A stretch of DNA of 64,000 bases. It comes from an uncultured Actinomycetes bacterium. GTDB lineage: Bacteria > Actinomycetota > Thermoleophilia > Gaiellales > Gaiellaceae. The notes under the pieces were generated by a model. That model had not been told where the DNA came from. It saw only the letters and a program-made list of their open reading frames with translations, and did not search any database. Location of the stretch: the NCBI GenBank assembly GCA_963779895.1, contig CAWAAD010000004.1, positions 201,543-265,542 on the forward strand. The letters are read 5' to 3'. Below are positions 63,346 through 64,000 of the stretch, piece by piece; within the stretch, counting starts at the first letter, position 1, and each line of letters begins with the position of its first letter. The translations under genes were made by a program, and so were the position numbers.

Positions 63346-63756
63346 ATGACATTGTCCAGCCTCGTGCCCGAGATCGACCGGTCCGAGCTGACTGATCCGA
63401 AGGCGAAGGGCTTCCTGCAGCTCTGCTCGGATCGCAGGTTCCACGTCCCGACCATGGAGGCGTTCGCGGAGGCTGCCGGGCTCGAGCGCGACGAGTACTT
63501 CATCGAGGCGCAGCCGGGCGGAGCTCCGTCCTGGGCCGACAGCACTCCGGCCGGCCGGCTCGCCTACGACGCGGGCGCTCGACTGATGGGTTGGGCGGCG
63601 CACGGCGACCGCTGTCTCGGCTTCCCGGACGTCTCCAACGAGGAGCTCCTGCGGAGGCTCGAGCAGACGGCTCGCGAGAGGATGAGCGACTTTCCGCGCG
63701 CGGCGCACTTCCTCCTGTTCGGCGCGGGGGACGAGGTCCGCGTCACCCGCCTCTAG
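63346..63756 (+). CDS. Hypothetical protein
   Basis: Intact 136-aa ORF with ordinary (non-Arg-rich) composition. It contains CSDRRF and HGDRCLG motifs. No confident family. Confidence 0.5.
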   Translation: MTLSSLVPEIDRSELTDPKAKGFLQLCSDRRFHVPTMEAFAEAAGLERDEYFIEAQPGGAPSWADSTPAGRLAYDAGARLMGWAAHGDRCLGFPDVSNEELLRRLEQTARERMSDFPRAAHFLLFGAGDEVRVTRL

Positions 63757-63869
63757 CACAAGACCCGCCCCGCACTGCAATTACCTGGGGAGGGAACCGC
63801 AGAAGTTGGGGCGGGCCTACCTGCAATACGCGAGCCAGCCCGTAGCGGTTCACTGTCTGGACGCCGACC

Positions 63870-63896
63870 AAGAGGAAACGGCCCGTTTCCGGGCCG
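63870..63896 (-). terminator. Intrinsic terminator for the gene entering from the right edge
   Basis: The minus strand reads CGGCCCG-GAAA-CGGGCCG (7-bp GC stem, GAAA tetraloop) followed by TTTCCTCTT. It lies 31 nt after the TAA at 63927-63929. Confidence 0.55.
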
Positions 63897-63926
63897 CTCC
63901 TCGAGCTTGTCAGGTTGGACCGGTGG

Positions 63927-64000
63927 TTACGCGGTGACGCGTGGTCGCTCGGCGTACTCCTCGATCCTTGCCTGCCGGGCACGGATCGGCTCTTCCGCGC
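63927..64000 (-). CDS. 3' end of an unidentified gene (partial)
   Basis: The open frame from the window edge reads ...AEEPIRARQARIEEYAERPRVTA-stop and is followed by a good terminator. It is too short to classify. Confidence 0.25.
   Translation of the reverse strand, partial: AEEPIRARQARIEEYAERPRVTA

Overview
This is a 64-kb chromosomal segment of about 70% GC with Actinomycetota-type synteny: mfd-ppiC-mazG-eno-ftsB-DUF501, glmU-prs, ispE-rsmA-tatD-metG and dnaK-grpE-dnaJ-hspR-clpB. Any finer lineage call is inference. I can support about 70 protein genes, 2 tRNAs (Gln-UUG, Ala-UGC), a few intrinsic terminators and promoter or operator candidates, and one small degraded integrative island. 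The island (57968-61280) sits at the 3' end of tRNA-Ala and is bounded by a 44-nt direct repeat. It carries an integrase stump, an IS110-type transposase stump and two tandem ~112-nt long-hairpin repeat units. About a third of the genes are tiled across 2-5 reading frames, including essential ones (eno, pyk, dnaK, clpB, mfd, glmU, pth). I read this as assembly indels, not biology, so coordinates for those genes are envelopes and no gene was called a pseudogene on frame disruption alone. The most interesting locus is an inositol-phospholipid cluster (39609-44299): a PAP2_C-type phosphatase, a PIP-synthase-like CDP-alcohol phosphatidyltransferase, a myo-inositol-1-phosphate synthase and a PimA-like GT4 glycosyltransferase. 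The synthase carries an in-frame N-terminal tandem Arc/ribbon-helix-helix module, preceded by a duplicated TGCTAGCA palindrome. The glycosyltransferase is fused to a PHP phosphoesterase, which is a candidate for the genetically unassigned PIP phosphatase step. Secondary leads are the hairpin repeats in the island, a possible Moco riboswitch before moaA, an unannotated 56-aa acidic ORF, a COG2403 P-loop gene translationally coupled to carbamate kinase, and an atypical UDG-fold protein. No CRISPR array and no rRNA were seen.
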